Source: Felis catus
Taxonomy: Eukaryota
DNA: 64,000 bases
Assembly: GCF_018350175.1 (NCBI RefSeq)
Contig: NC_058368.1
Span: 47,122,001-47,186,000 of the forward strand
Reading direction: 5' to 3'
Positions 39,747 to 52,890 of the stretch are shown here, in pieces; within the stretch, counting starts at the first letter, position 1, and each line of letters begins with the position of its first letter. The position numbers were made by a program, and so were the translations under genes. The notes beneath the pieces were generated by a model. The model searched no databases. It had not been told where the DNA came from and was given only the letters and a program-made list of their open reading frames with translations.

Positions 39747-40554
39747 AAAACAACCCCACCTACCTCCAACTTAACCAGAAATATCTCAGTTCCCATATCT
39801 TATTTCTGTGGACTTATGTTTGTGATTATTTTGGTTTATACTCATCTCCCTATGACAGATCAGAAACTGTATATAATTGCATTATATCATTGGTATTTAG
39901 CCCACCAAGTCTTCAATTTGCTGAATAAACAAGCAAATTGCTAAGCTTTTTTCTAAATAAATCTTATTTTTTCCATTTAGTCCAAATATATTATCAAAGA
40001 TCTATTCCCACAGGAAAAAGTTCCCAGGGAACGTGGGAATTTCTGACGAGAGAAAGAAAGAGGATAGCCTCTCCCTTTGACAAGAGCCCTGCCCTAAGCC
40101 ACTAGGAACTTCTAGAACAAGCAGTTCACTCTTCATACGGTTTTGCATTTCTTTTGGAAATGGGCAATTTCATCTTAACATTTGACATACTCCTTCCCTT
40201 CCGCCTAGCTCTGTAAGTCCCAGGACATTCTCCTGTGCCTGGAAATTGATTCTGTTCACCACCTTTTCCATCATGTGGATAATAAGATACTAGGAGTTAG
40301 TCAACAAGCTCCCACTCTGCCCTCCAAACTGCCACCTAATATATTGCCCTGCAACCTGAAAACTCTATAACTTCAATGTTAATATAAAACAGAATCGTTC
40401 CTATTTTGCAAGTTCATAAGTTAACATGGTCATCAATTTGGTTTGTTTATAATGCCAAGAATGAATGAAAATACAAATCAACAACACCTTCTTTAGCAGG
40501 TTGATTTGCATCCAGCACCGTAGCAAAGTGTCTTAAGACATCTGCATCGTACCG

Positions 40555-41410
40555 GTATTTTGGGAGCCCTTACTATGTATAAGGCATGGTAACTGGTGTC
40601 ATAAGGAGGAGTAAAATAGTAAAAATGTCTCTGTTCCATGAAATGTAAAATCTAATTGAAGAAATGAAGCCATTGAAAAGTTTTAAACTTGCATTTAAAA
40701 AGACACACTGTATTTTTTTAGAAGTAGAGGACTAATTAAATGAACAAGGCAGGGAAAAAATCTGTAATGATTCAGAGAAATAAAAAATTAGTTGGGCTGC
40801 ACTGAATTGGGAAGGCTTCACAAAGAAGAAAAGACTTGTGTTACGACTTGAATGATGGATAGGATTGAGAGAGGCAGAGAGAAAAGAGTGCAATCCAGGC
40901 CAGCAGGATCGGTTTCAGCAAAAGCATAAAATCAGAAAGTTCAAAGCAGCTTGGGGCACAGTTTAGCGAGAGTACAGCGCCAACGAGGTGGATAGTTAGA
41001 GCTGTCGGCAAAGGTTGCAGCTCAACGGTCAAGGTCTTACATGGTCAGAATAAGCCACTTGGACTTCATCTGGTAGGCTGTGGGGAGTCACTGAAGTCTT
41101 TGAGTCGGGGAATGATTAGGTTGAAAGAGTGTTTTATGGCCAATTTGTCGGCACTGTGAGTGATGAATTGCCAAGAAGAGAGACTGGAAGTAGGGTGAAT
41201 AATTAAAGTTGAAAAGCTTCTAAAATAAGAGAAATAGGGGAAGATGATAAAGTTCAGAAAGAATAGTGGTTCCGCTAGTGGGAGAACTGGGGAAAGAAGT
41301 GGAACAAGGGACATTGTGAAGAAAACCTGGCAAAAGTTGGTGACCGGTAAGATGTGGGGGACAAAGAAGAGCATCCCCGACGTCAGATTTTCGAGCCTGG
41401 CTGACAAGAC
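40555..41410 (-). mobile_element. L2 LINE 3' fragment
   Basis: ttactatgtataaggcatggt...ggggagtcactgaagtcttttgagtcggggaatgat...cagattttcgagcctggctgac is antisense L2. Confidence 0.8.
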
Positions 41411-41649
41411 AGAAGCACCTTGCACTTACGTCACACACCACAACTAATTTGCAAAACAGGTTCATACTGGAAAGAAAGACATGGAAACTACCGTAGTAAA
41501 CTTTATCCCTTTGGGGGATGATGCAAAACTTTCCTTTTCACTTCGCAGTAGATACTTGAAGGGTGCTCCTCGGCTCATGTTCCCCTGTTCAAAATGCCTC
41601 TTCACAGCTCATCAGACTTACATCACAACATCCATCCCTCTATTGACCA

Positions 41650-42122
41650 AGCTTATGCTGACCTGGACTGAACACTAGAGACTACGTGGGGCTGTTCTGG
41701 GCCATCCAACTCCAGAACTTGGAAATGAAATCTCGGAAGACTGACAGCTGCAGGCACTGGAATCTGGAGGTGATATAAATTCAGGGCTGAGAGCACCATT
41801 TTGAAGAATCCAGGAAAGGGCGATATACAAATGTAATAAAGGAAGGAGTCTGCTGAAATGGGCAGAGACACAGAAAAGAAAGACAGCACATGAGAAATTG
41901 GCAGATAAGCAGAGAAGAGTAATGACAAGTCCTGTTAGCACTAGAGGTGAAGGAGAGAGTGTCTACCTTGGTCTGGCTTACTGACTGATTCCCGACTCCC
42001 TAGTGAGACCCAGCAGCACCTGCTGCCTAAGTTGGTCAGGTATGGTGTATATTTCCTCCAGTGTCTCCTTCTGCTTAAGCTAGTTTGAAAGGAGGTCTGT
42101 CCCTTAAAATAAGATTATCCCG
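41650..42122 (+). mobile_element. Old MaLR-like LTR (MLT1 family)
   Basis: gcaccattttg...gcagagaagag...ctgcttaagctagtttgaaaggaggtctgtccctt resembles an MLT1 3' end. Confidence 0.55.
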
Positions 42123-43171
42123 GCAAAGAAAATTTCACTCTACTTCCTTAGAGTATCAAAAACTGAAAGAGAACAGCCAAGAGAAAAAGCTGATTTTAGG
42201 AGGAGACAGCAGGGAGATGGGGAGTAGAGCTTTAAGCACATTTATGCATTGAACACAGCACTGAAATAACAGGCGTGAAGCTAGGGCAGGGGTTGGAAAT
42301 GTTGAGTTAGTCACTTAAGTAAAGATAATGGCTGAAATTCTCTCTCCAGTGAGCATGTATGACAGAAGACAGAGACCCTTGCCAGAAAGGAGAAGAACAC
42401 CTGGTAGAACTGGTCGAAGAGACTGCCAGATTTCCAGTGAAGGCTCTCTTAAAAAATGAGCTGACCTGGGAGGGGAGAGGGGTCAAGCTTATCCTAAGAT
42501 CTTTCTTTACTCTTTGTTAAAGACACAAGCACATTGACTTTGAAATAGAAGAGACTTATGAAACAAATTTTATTAAAGTAAATTATATTTTTAATGAGGA
42601 CAGAAAAAGCAAATGTGGGTTAAATTTCAGCTTCTGAAAGTGAACTTTTATTTTGACTATAACCTTTCTATTTCTATAAACATCTTCAAACCTAAAATGG
42701 GCATATCTCTTTTTTTCCTTTAAGCTGAAATCCCTCCTTCCCCATGAAATCTTCCCAGGGATAAGACTAAAGTCATGAAGTCTGCAGTCTTAAACCTGAA
42801 AAAAACATTTTCAAGACTACCACAAGTGAGCATATTTTTACATTAGAATAGTAGTGTCTTAATTGTGCTTTTTTATGCAATATTTTCAAGTATTACCACT
42901 AGACAGGAACCGGTTTGACATGCCAGTCTACAGGAATGTCACTCCATCAACCATATTCATTGTGCCTGCTGTGTGGAGTGGGGCGAAGAAAACAGTGAAC
43001 CCATCCTCAATCCCAAGAAGCAGGGTTGCTTGACTAGTGCTTAGAACCTAGCACAGTGCTGAGAGTGTGCTCGTACTTTGTGATTCTGAAAACATACAAA
43101 GACGAAACTCTCTAAAACTATTATTACACTTAACCTGAAACCCTGGATCTATCTTTAAAAAGTAGTTTGTT

Positions 43172-43393
43172 GGGGTGCCTGGGTGGCTCAGTCGGTTAAG
43201 CGTCCGGCTTTGACTCAGGTCATGATCTCACAGCTCATGAGTTCAAGCCCCGCGTCGGGCTCTGTACTGACAGCTCAGAGCCTGGAGCCTGCTTCGGATT
43301 CTGTGTCTCCCTCTCTCTCTGCCCCTCCCTGGCTCACACTCTCTCAAAAATAAATAAACATTAAAAAAATGTTTTTTAAATAAAATAAAATAT
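43172..43393 (+). mobile_element. Can-SINE (SINEC_Fc type)
   Basis: TSD aaaaagtagtttgtt at 43157-43171 and 43394-43408. Confidence 0.96.
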
Positions 43394-44435
43394 AAAAAGT
43401 AGTTTGTTTTCGGCAAGTCCTTAAGAACTATATAGAGTTCAACTAAATCGGATGCAATTCTGGTCCATTACATGCACTTTGGTGAAGGTATTTCCTCTCT
43501 AAATAGAAATATATTGAACTTTAGCTCAGACAAAGTCGAAATTTTGTTAAGTAGTATCAATGAAGTTCCCTTATTACAGAGGTAAAAGAAGCTGTTTACA
43601 CCATAAAATAATCAAAGAGTTCATCTTGTTTCACTCTTACAGGAGTAAAACCCACTGGCAAGCTTTAACTATGTTAATTTTCAAACTTTCAAGTCTGTAC
43701 TCAAACCGCAAAGCCAGCAAACTAAAGGTAACCAAAGGAGCTGTTTGGTAAAGACAGAAATGAACTATGCCTTTTGAAGTGTTTCCAGGGAAATGTGTTT
43801 GGAATATTTAAGTCCCAAGTGAGTTACAAAGGTTATTCATTCACAAGTGAGATAAATTCATAGCTGTCAAATTGTCTGGATTCTCTGTGTGATCACCAGG
43901 GCTTCAAATCATTTATTTTTTTTTTCTTGAAAAAGTTCAATATTTTCACAGCTTCAAATTTGATCGTACTTTATAATTTGGAAATAAAGAATTGCTTCTC
44001 TTCCTTACCTACTCACTGAAGCAATAAAAGTCTATGAGTGTATTAAAGCAGTTTTTGTCTTCCCTTGTAGTTGTATTTTGTTTCTTTTAATAAAGCCAAA
44101 TGTTTCTAAATTGGATGTTTCTCCCTGTAAACTAACTGGATATAATTAACAAAGTGTCTGGTTTCACCAAACAGATGGGGGAAGGGGATGGATTATTGCA
44201 AATATAAATTTTACTGTGTTTTATATTCAGCTACATTTCCTTGAATAATTGTGAATGAAATTGTTCAAAAGTCCCTCCAAATAATTTTTTTTTTACTCTT
44301 TTAAGAGCTGATGTGGTTCAGAAAGAAAGAAAGGAAGGAAGAACATTTTAATTGCTTAGTAAATTTAAATTAGGAGTTAAGAAAAGAGTAAGAATCCTTA
44401 ACAAGGACAACAAAGGTAAATGAAAAGCAATTTTT

Positions 44436-44661
44436 TAAACGTTCTTTTTAAAGTTTATTTATTTATTTTTGAGAAAGAGAGAGCGAGCACAAGCTAGGGA
44501 AGGGCGGAGAGAGAAAGAGAGCGAGACACAGAATCCCAAGCAGGCTCCAGGGTCTGAGCTGTCAACACAGAGCCAGACATGGGGCTCAAACCCATGAGCT
44601 GTGAGATCATGACCTGAGCCAAAGTCGGACGCTCAACCGACTGAGCCACCCACGTGCCCCC
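44436..44661 (-). mobile_element. Can-SINE (SINEC_Fc type)
   Basis: TSD tgaaaagcaattttt / tgaaaggcaattctt. Confidence 0.95.
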
Positions 44662-45797
44662 TGAAAGGCAATTCTTGACAGAATACTTCACAGGAGACAG
44701 AACGGAGCTTTGGCTACTGGCCTAGCTAACCTTACATTCACTTCAGGTCAGAAAATAAAGAGATGGCTCTCGGGAGCAGTGTCCGGCCCTGGTGTCCGCT
44801 GCTCAGAGAGGGAAGCAAGGACTTCAGGGGTTCGGCCCCACTGCGATAGAGTCAGGGTGCTCAGGTAAGCCATCTGCATAGGAAAGCCAGCCAAAGCAAG
44901 AAGCTGGTCACGATGGCTCTGTGAGTCCAGATATGCCTGACTTCAGTGAGAAGGCAGCATCATGGTTACTCACGTCTTATTGGTGACCTGCTAAGTAGAA
45001 GGCAAAGTGAGAGGTGATCCCTGCCTCCAAGAGACACACCATCTGTTCGTACAGTTGGGGCATGAATGAAAAAGGCTCGGTGAAAATGAAAAGTGGATAC
45101 TTACTAGAGTATCAACAATTATTGAAGGATGTGAACATGGAGGCTCAAGGAAAGAGAACACTGAGGAACCTGGAGAAAAGAGAAGGGAATTACAGACAAA
45201 GCAGAAGATTCGGTGAGGTTGGGCTCACTGGTTTGGGACACGGAATAGACAGTTATGTTTCAACAGAGGATCCGTGTAGGGGCATGGTAGGAAAGAAGGT
45301 GGGGAAGTAGGTAAGACCAAAGTTCAAAGAGAAATTAAAGAGTTTGGAGGACGAGCCAGAGCCCCTGAAAACCCTTTTTCGAGGAATGTCTCCTATAAAG
45401 TTGTATTTTTAAAGTATTCTTCTGGTATGTGTCTATAGGATGGAGGGGAAGGGATCATAGCAAGGGAGATGCGTGAGAAGGTTGTAGTAGACACAAAACA
45501 ATAATGGTATAGATGTGAGGTGTGCGCTGAGAAGAAGGACATGAATACCTGGTTTATCAAGGATTTACGAAGTGCAAGACACATGGCTAAGTGCGGTAAA
45601 ATGTGTGAGTGGGAACAAAGGACTTCAGACTGACAAAAACCTTAACAGGTAAGCTGAGTCTAGGATCACTTTATGAATAGTGACACATTCCACATGTAAG
45701 AGAGACACCTTTGAGAATGTTGGAACATCCATCCAGATATGTCCACATTCAAGTAGAGATTTTAGAGATTCGGATCATATTTCATTTTCTATCAGTG

Positions 45798-45893
45798 ATA
45801 CACATACACACCTATGTGCATATATATGTACACATATGTATACCTTTTATAGATATGTGGTACCTTGTGTATACACACACACACACACACACA
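45798..45893. repeat. (TA/CA)n microsatellite
   Basis: Directly visible. Confidence 0.85.
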
Positions 45894-46749
45894 ATTTTGT
45901 TCCATAAAACATAACAATTTACATAGGTTTTTAAAAAGATCAAACATTGTCTTTTGACATATTTCCTAACACTGGCCAACAATAAGTCAGGTTTCTCACA
46001 CTTCACTGCTATGAATGTTCTTCAGCTGTTTATAAATCAAATGATATTTTGATGATCTAAGGAAGTTAGTTTTTTTAAGAAATCCTGTTATGAATCTATA
46101 AATTGTAACAACACTCTAAACTGAAAGAACTTTCATGATGTGATTTTGCTTACTTTCAGAAATTGAAGTTTTATAATAAGGAAAGAACCCGTACAGTCTC
46201 ATAAGAAACTGAATGAATTTGAATCCAAAGGAAAAAGAAACATTTTTATTTTATTGATGATTATTGAGTGATTGATTTAACAGTGCAGAGTGACTTGAAA
46301 TAAAATTTTATGTAAAGGCAAGATCACGTCTAAAAGGCTGCTTCCAATTTGTAGTTCAAGAATATCACAAGATATTAACAAATGCAATTAACAAAAAAAA
46401 GTAAGGAAATGGAATCATAATCTCTGGAATCGATTTTAAAATATAGTAATGAAAAATAACACAATTATGCCCATAGTACTAAAAAATGTTGAAAGTGGAC
46501 ATAGAATAAGAGGCAACAGATTTGAAGAGGAAAAATTGACAGTAATGACTTCCTAGGAAAAATATAAAAATACATACCATTTTAGAGACAGTATCAAGGA
46601 AAAACAGAAAATCCTGGAAAAGAAATCATCATTGCAATAAAAAAATTTTCAAAATAAGCATTTGTCTCCCGCCTTATTGAATGTCTCATAATTCTAATGT
46701 ATTAAATGTCTGAAATGTGCCTGAGTATTGTTTAGGGTAGGAGACAAGT

Positions 46750-46960
46750 TAAGTAAGGACACAGGCTTAGCAGTTAGCACTAACTAGCTATGTGAGCTCT
46801 TTAACTTCCTTCTACCTTAGTTTCCTCTCCTTACAAAATGCAGATAATGAGTATCTACCTCGTCGGTTTGTGGTAGGGATTTAAAAGATCATGCATTTAA
46901 GCACTTAGCACAGTGTTGGGCCCACAATGAGAATTCAAGAAATATAAGTTATTAATATTG
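46750..46960 (+). mobile_element. MIR
   Basis: cactaactagctatgtgagc...ccttagtttcctctccttacaaaatgcagataat...aagcacttagcacagtg. Confidence 0.85.
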
Positions 46961-47324
46961 TTCGCAGAAAAAGTTAATAAATCTCTCTAGTGTCCTATGA
47001 AATTACCTTTCAGTAACAGATTAACTCCTTCTTATTGAAGTTCTACTTGACTTCACATATCTCATCTACCTTCATAAAAGGATTTGAGGTCACTTACAAT
47101 TAAAGATATGTGTTCAGTACTGTTGTAAAAATACAAATAGGACAAGTTAACCTACAAGGTAGGAAATGGAGGTTACTGTAGTTGAATCCTCTCTCTGTTT
47201 CCTGGCTGCAAGAGAAGGAACTGTAAATATTAAACTCTAATGTCATAGTTTTAAGATATCAGTTCTTTAAAAAGAAGAAGAGTGATAACATATTTGGACT
47301 AACACTTTCCAAAATATATCTCCC

Positions 47325-47460
47325 TACAAAGTTTCATTGGATTCTCACAAAAATTTTGTGAGTCCACCTATGATAACCCAATTTTATATATGAGGAAATT
47401 AAGGCCCAGAAAGGTCACGCAGCTAAGAAGGAACATAGCTAAGATCTGAATTCAAGTATG
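47325..47460 (-). mobile_element. MIR
   Basis: cccaattttatatatgaggaaattaaggcccagaaaggtcacgcagctaag. Confidence 0.75.
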
Positions 47461-47859
47461 ATAAAAAGCACATGCACAAAAGTTAGTTTAGCCCCGAGTT
47501 CCCTACAGGTAAAGGCAAAAATGGAGGGGCAGGGGGGAAGGGAGCAGGGGACCTACCTCCTGTTATCTGATAAAATATCTAATAAAAGGAAGCATGCCTT
47601 GGGCCAGTAGATACAAGCTTTTACCTTCCATTAAAACTAAGAGAAATTAGTAATATGGATATTTATACAAGGGGCTTTAAACCACAAAGTGAACTCTGAT
47701 TTTAGTAGAAGTCTTAAACAAAATGCAGACGTGTTCTTTATATGTGCCTTTATTATATAGCCTGAGGGAGTAATTTTAAATGGGTTTTGTGAAGGAATTA
47801 TCTTTAAACAACAGATGGCTGGAGTAATATTTTCTAAGTAAATAGTATTCCTTTAAGAA

Positions 47860-48350
47860 AGATTTATTGAGAGCCTACTATGTGTCAATATCTATGCTAG
47901 GTCATGAATATTCAGAGATGAATGTTAGGATTCCTGCCCTCAAAGGTCTAACAGTCCACTGGAGAAACTCATTTGTCACGAAACACTCCCCTGGTGATAA
48001 AGGTTTGTACAAAGACAGCAACCTTGATGGCTGACCTGCCGGCTGAAATATGCAAGGTTGCCCGTGGGGAGTCACAGACCTGAAACTGGGAAGAAATTTG
48101 CCAAGTGGTCAGGAGCAGAGCTAGTGTTGCAAACAGAAAAGGCATGTGCAGCGAGGTGTTCACAGAAATTAATCAGTTCCATGTTCCTGGAGCTTCCATA
48201 AGATACAAGAGGGTGGAGTTGAGAAAAGATATTGAAGCAACACACAGTGGACAGATGTGGCTATTTATATTCTGCAAGGAGTCTAGAGTTTGCCTGCAAG
48301 TAAAAGGAGTATCAAATGAGCAAGGAACGGACATGGTCTGACAAGGACAG
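47860..48350 (-). mobile_element. L2 LINE 3' fragment
   Basis: atttattgagagcctactatgtgtca...attcctgccctcaaaggtctaacagtc. Confidence 0.75.
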
Positions 48351-48975
48351 GAGTGAGGACCCCAGGTATTATGTCAATTTGCTGGGTAACCAGTTTGCCA
48401 AATGACCAATTTGTTAAATTCTCAGTTCTACCAATTTGCCAACATTGTATTTCTTATAAAGTTTATAGGTTTGTGAATTGCTAATTGGCTTGTTTTCATT
48501 TTGACTTTATAGCAGCATTTTAAAGAATGTGCCGTTTGCATCTGGTGCCGGGATACAAACAAATTAGGAGGTGGGATTGAGACCATAGGCCTTTGCCAGG
48601 AAAACAGAGAAGGGAAGTAGGCACACAGCACCCAACACAGTCCAGACTGCCCACCCAGGACAGACTTTCCTAAAGAGTAGGGGCTGGGGAGGATGGGCTC
48701 GAGAGGACACCAGGGAGAGACTAAAGGGCAGAGAGAAGAGGCTGTGGATGGACAGAGGACAATAGGGAGAAGAAACTGGAAAAAGGGAGGGTCAGAGAAC
48801 AAGTCTGGAATCAGCAAAGGAAAGACTGAAGGAGGGGGGCAAGGGCCATGGGGCTATCACTGGAAGGAGGTGCAGAGTAAAGACAGGATTGGATTTTTTT
48901 TTCAAATGAGACACTTGAGTAAATTCATAGGTGATGAGAAAGAGTTGATAAATTAAATGTACCAAAAGAGAAGAA

Positions 48976-49141
48976 TTTTTTTGGGGGGGGAGGGGGTTGG
49001 CAGGCAGACGGAGAGAGAGAGAATCCCCAAACGCACCCAGGCTCCGTGCTGACACAGGGCTCAATCCCTCGACCCTGGGATTATGACCTCGGCCAAAATC
49101 AAGAGTCGGACGCCCAACCAACTGAGCCACCCAGGTGCCCC
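48976..49141 (-). mobile_element. Can-SINE (short copy)
   Basis: gagaatccccaa...atgacctcggccaaaatcaagagtcggacgcccaaccaactgagccacccaggtgcccc. Confidence 0.92.
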
Positions 49142-49159
49142 AAGAAGAGATACTTTTGT

Positions 49160-49660
49160 AGCAGAATGTTCCAGTAGTTGCTGATGTAGGCTTTCCCAAA
49201 GCCTAGTGGCTTGATAAGTGGTCACATTTCTTCTGTTTACAAATCCGCAATTTGTCCAAGGGCTGTCAGCATCAGTGCCACCTGTGCCACCTGGGGTCAG
49301 CTGGAAAGGTTCAAAGGCTAGGGACCAAAGTCAACTGAAGTCTCTCTTCTTCACATGTCTGACAATCAATGCTGGCTTTTGTCCGGGGGTCTCAGTTCTC
49401 CACACGACACTCTCCGTGTGGCCTCTCTGCGGGCCAACTGGGACATCCTCACAGCATTTGAATTGAAACATACACGTCTCAGCAGAAAAAAACAAGCACA
49501 AGGTATCTTGTATTTTCTGACCTGGTCTCAGAATTCACACAATGTCACTTCCACTGTATTCACAGGCCCACCCAGATTCAAGAAGGAACAAAGACCCCAT
49601 CTTCTCATGAAAGACCATAATGCCATATTGCAACATCATATCGTATCACGGTGATTTGGG
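49160..49660 (-). mobile_element. MaLR LTR (MLT1 family)
   Basis: ctagtggcttga...tcacatgtctgacaatcaatgctggct...tctcagaattcacacaatgtcacttccactgtatt...cccagattcaag is antisense MLT1. Confidence 0.8.
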
Positions 49661-51219
49661 GTATATATGTATATGGGGTATATACATATATATGTACGTA
49701 CATATATATGTACTAGGGGTATATATGTATATATTTTATTTGGAAAATAAAATCTGTCACCCAAACTCACTTGAGGTGGCAGGAAAATAATAATTTCCAG
49801 AGCCCAGCAAGGTGAGAGCCTTGAACAGTCAAGAATATAAGCTTTTCTGTTACTGAGGAGGGCCAGGTCAGGAATTCAGCTGATGATGAGAACAAGAAGA
49901 ACAGGGAGAATAAAGAAAGCTATGCTAACAGGTTTGGGCTTTTCCCCCCCATCCAAGTTTCAGATGGTATCTCAGTGCTGCAATCCCTCCTTTACCTTAA
50001 AGTCAAGTGCAGGGGGTTTCAAGTTGCTGCATTTTGACTAAAGTTTTAATCACACTTTAAAATACTTGATCCTGAATTTCTCTTTTTTTTTTTTATTAGC
50101 AGGCCTAAAAGAAGACATAGCATAGGTGTTTAGGAACACTAATCTTTACCATATACAGACTCATCTCAGGAAACAAACAAGAAAAAGAAGTGGAGTGGAG
50201 AAGAGCAGATAATGTAATAAAGTATCATGTCAGTTCCAGTCTGCCCCAGTCTTTCTTCAGGGTCAGCTGCTGAATTCTAGGAGGTGCTGTATTCTAGCTG
50301 CTGTATCCTTTGAGGTGCAAGAACCTGCCACATCTTTCCAACGATTAAGAAAAACCATCCTTAAATAATTGCATATATAGCAATACCTAATGCTTACTAG
50401 GTAAGTATTGTCAGAATTTAAAAACTGCTCACAAGTTGTAACGCGGATCAAATTTTTTCCCTTTAATCTCTACTGTTCTTACTTTGGAAATTATAAAGAA
50501 TGTTTTCTAGGCTAAATGATTTCTGGAACATCTCATCCACCGCACACATTAATTAGCGTGCATTTATTTCTTTACCCTGGGGTAAAGACAAGAAATGAAA
50601 TGTTGGAGGAAAATGTGGATGGAATAAAGAGAAATATTATTTGCCGTATCCAATAAGCTTGGAGAGAACTAAGAGCAACCTTCTCTTAACCTGCTGTGGA
50701 AGGTCAAGGCAAGCAACTGTGCTAATGGGTCAATCGTTGAACTTTTAGGAAAGGTTTAAAAGTGCAGAGGTTGAAGGGGTTGAACTTCCGGAAGCCATAT
50801 AGATGTTCTGGCAGAATTTCTGAGGAGAATGAGAGTGTTAAAAGGGGAATTATGAATGATGACATGCAGAGCACTTAGAGGGAGCGTTGAGGTTTGATGC
50901 AATATTTGGCTACCAGAACACCCAGGAAAATTCAGGGCATGATTCTTTTCCAACCTAAGAGGAAAGTTATTCTACATCAAACAGATTAGCGAAATCTTTA
51001 TATAGTCCACAAATCTTCTGCAGCTCTGTCAACTCTTTTTTCCTCCTGTTGCACCAGAGAAAATGGCTCTTCTACTATCAAAGATCTATCCCTCCAGGAA
51101 AGCTCCAGACCCCTGCCTTTCTCATCTTATCAGAACTTATTCTTCAAGTACCTTCCTATATCTCTCCTGCATCTTCAACTTCTCCATCTAGAACAAGTCA
51201 CTACTTTTCAAAAAAATTT

Positions 51220-51622
51220 TTTTATCCATTTACTTAGTTCCAGTATGATGAACATACAGTGTTATATTTGTCTCACGTGTACAGTATGTGATTCAACAAT
51301 CCTCCACGTTTCTCAGTCCTCATCATGACGAGTGTCGACTCTTTAATCCTCTTGAGCTATTACACCCATCTCTCTACCCCCGCCCCCTCTGGCAACCACC
51401 ATGTTGTTTTTTATATTTAAGAGTCTGGTTTTTGTTTCTATTTTTTCATTTGTTCGTTTTTTAAAACTCCACATGTGCATGAAATCATATGGTATTTGTC
51501 TTTCTCTGTCTGAATTATTTCACTTAGCGTAATACCTTCTAGGCCTATCCATGTTGTTGCACATGGCAAGAGCTCATTCTTTTTTATGGCTGAGTAATAT
51601 TCTCTTACATATGTGTACCACC
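51220..51622 (-). mobile_element. Carnivore L1 3' UTR
   Basis: ccacatgtgcatgaaatcatatggtatttgtctttctctgtctgaattatttcacttagc. Confidence 0.92.
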
Positions 51623-51746
51623 TCTTGAGCACACCAATGCGTTCTAGCATTCTCACTTATGTAGAAAACATCATTCATCCCTTTCCAATTGCCACTCCTT
51701 CGGTCTGCTCCCTATCACAGTCAAATGTCTTTAAAAACTTGACTTT

Positions 51747-51962
51747 GAGGATGCCTGGGTGACTGAGTCCATTGAATGTCTGACTTTTGATTTCAGCTCA
51801 GATCGTGATCCCAGGGTCATGGGACTGAGCCCTGCATCAGGCTCCGCGCTCAGCATACAGCCTGCTTAAGATTCTTTCTCTCTCTCTCTCCCTCTCTCTC
51901 TGTCTCTCTCCCCACTCATGCTCAATCTCTCTCTCTAAAAAAACTAAAAATTAAAAAATAAA
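51747..51962 (+). mobile_element. Older Can-SINE inside L2-like sequence
   Basis: gaggatgcctgggtgactgagtc head. TSD aaaaacttga at 51733-51742 and 51963-51972. Confidence 0.92.
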
Positions 51963-51974
51963 AAAAACTTGAAT

Positions 51975-52380
51975 CTCCAAACATTGAAGTTCTTCTAGGC
52001 ACTGTGTGAGGCATCTTTCCTTCTATACTCCCTTAAGTGATTAAGATTCCCAGCACCATATTTATGTTGACAGCTTCTGAAACTTTAATTTCTGGTTTAG
52101 ACCATTCTGCTCAGCCCAAAACTTCTTTAGCCAATGGCCTATGTGATATCTCCACTCCTCTGCTTGGATAAGCATCTAAATTTAATGTGCCCCAAACTAA
52201 AAGTCTATTCATTCTCCTGCCTCCAAATGTTCCCCTCTTACTCTTTCCTGCCAGGAGATAGTACTATGATCCATCCAGTCTCTATAAACAAATGGTTGAC
52301 ATTTCTCTCTTTCATACCCATATGCAAGCCCTGGTCATTCTGAAAAACATATCTGGAATCATTCCACTTCTCGAGATCCC
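51975..52380 (+). mobile_element. L2 LINE fragment
   Basis: caccatatttatgttgacagcttctgaaacttt...agcatctaaatttaatgtgccccaaact resembles the L2 RT region. Confidence 0.65.
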
Positions 52381-52550
52381 CTTCTTTAATAAAAACATAA
52401 TCACAGAAAGCTTTGCATACATTTTATTCTCTTCTTTTTCCCATGTACTTTGAATTCTTGAGAAGAAGTCAAGGCTCTTTGAAATAAATTACTTAAATAA
52501 ATGAATTTGATGCAACATATTGCCCTTAAAGTCTTGGTTATTAGCGTTTC

Positions 52551-52770
52551 TTTTTTTAATTTTTTATTTATTTTAGAGAGAGAGGGGTGGGGGGGACACA
52601 CACACATGCACACACGAGCAGGGGAGGGGCAGAGGGAGAGAAAGAATCTTAAGCAGGCTCCACACTCAGCCCAGAGCCCAGCGCAGGACTCAGTCTCACG
52701 ACTGTGAGATCATGACCTGAGCTGAAATCAAGAGTTGGATGCTTAACTGACTGAGCCACTCAGGCACCCC
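52551..52770 (-). mobile_element. Can-SINE
   Basis: TSD ttattagcgtttct / ttattagtgctttct. Confidence 0.94.
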
Positions 52771-52890
52771 GATTATTAGTGCTTTCTATATGGGGAACTT
52801 TTCAAACTTCAAAGCTAATTTTTTAAAGGAAGATAGAGTTTTTCATAGAACTCCAAAACATTTGTCCTGGAAATGAAGGAATGGTTTAAG

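Noticed and set aside
40453..40511. Small hairpin tacaaatcaac...gttgatttgca
   Set aside because: An 11-bp imperfect stem is too short for a pre-miRNA and is plausible by chance.
14779..52707. Recurrent ORFs of the WVAQSV...SAQVMIS type
   Set aside because: These are translations of Can-SINEs, not a gene family.
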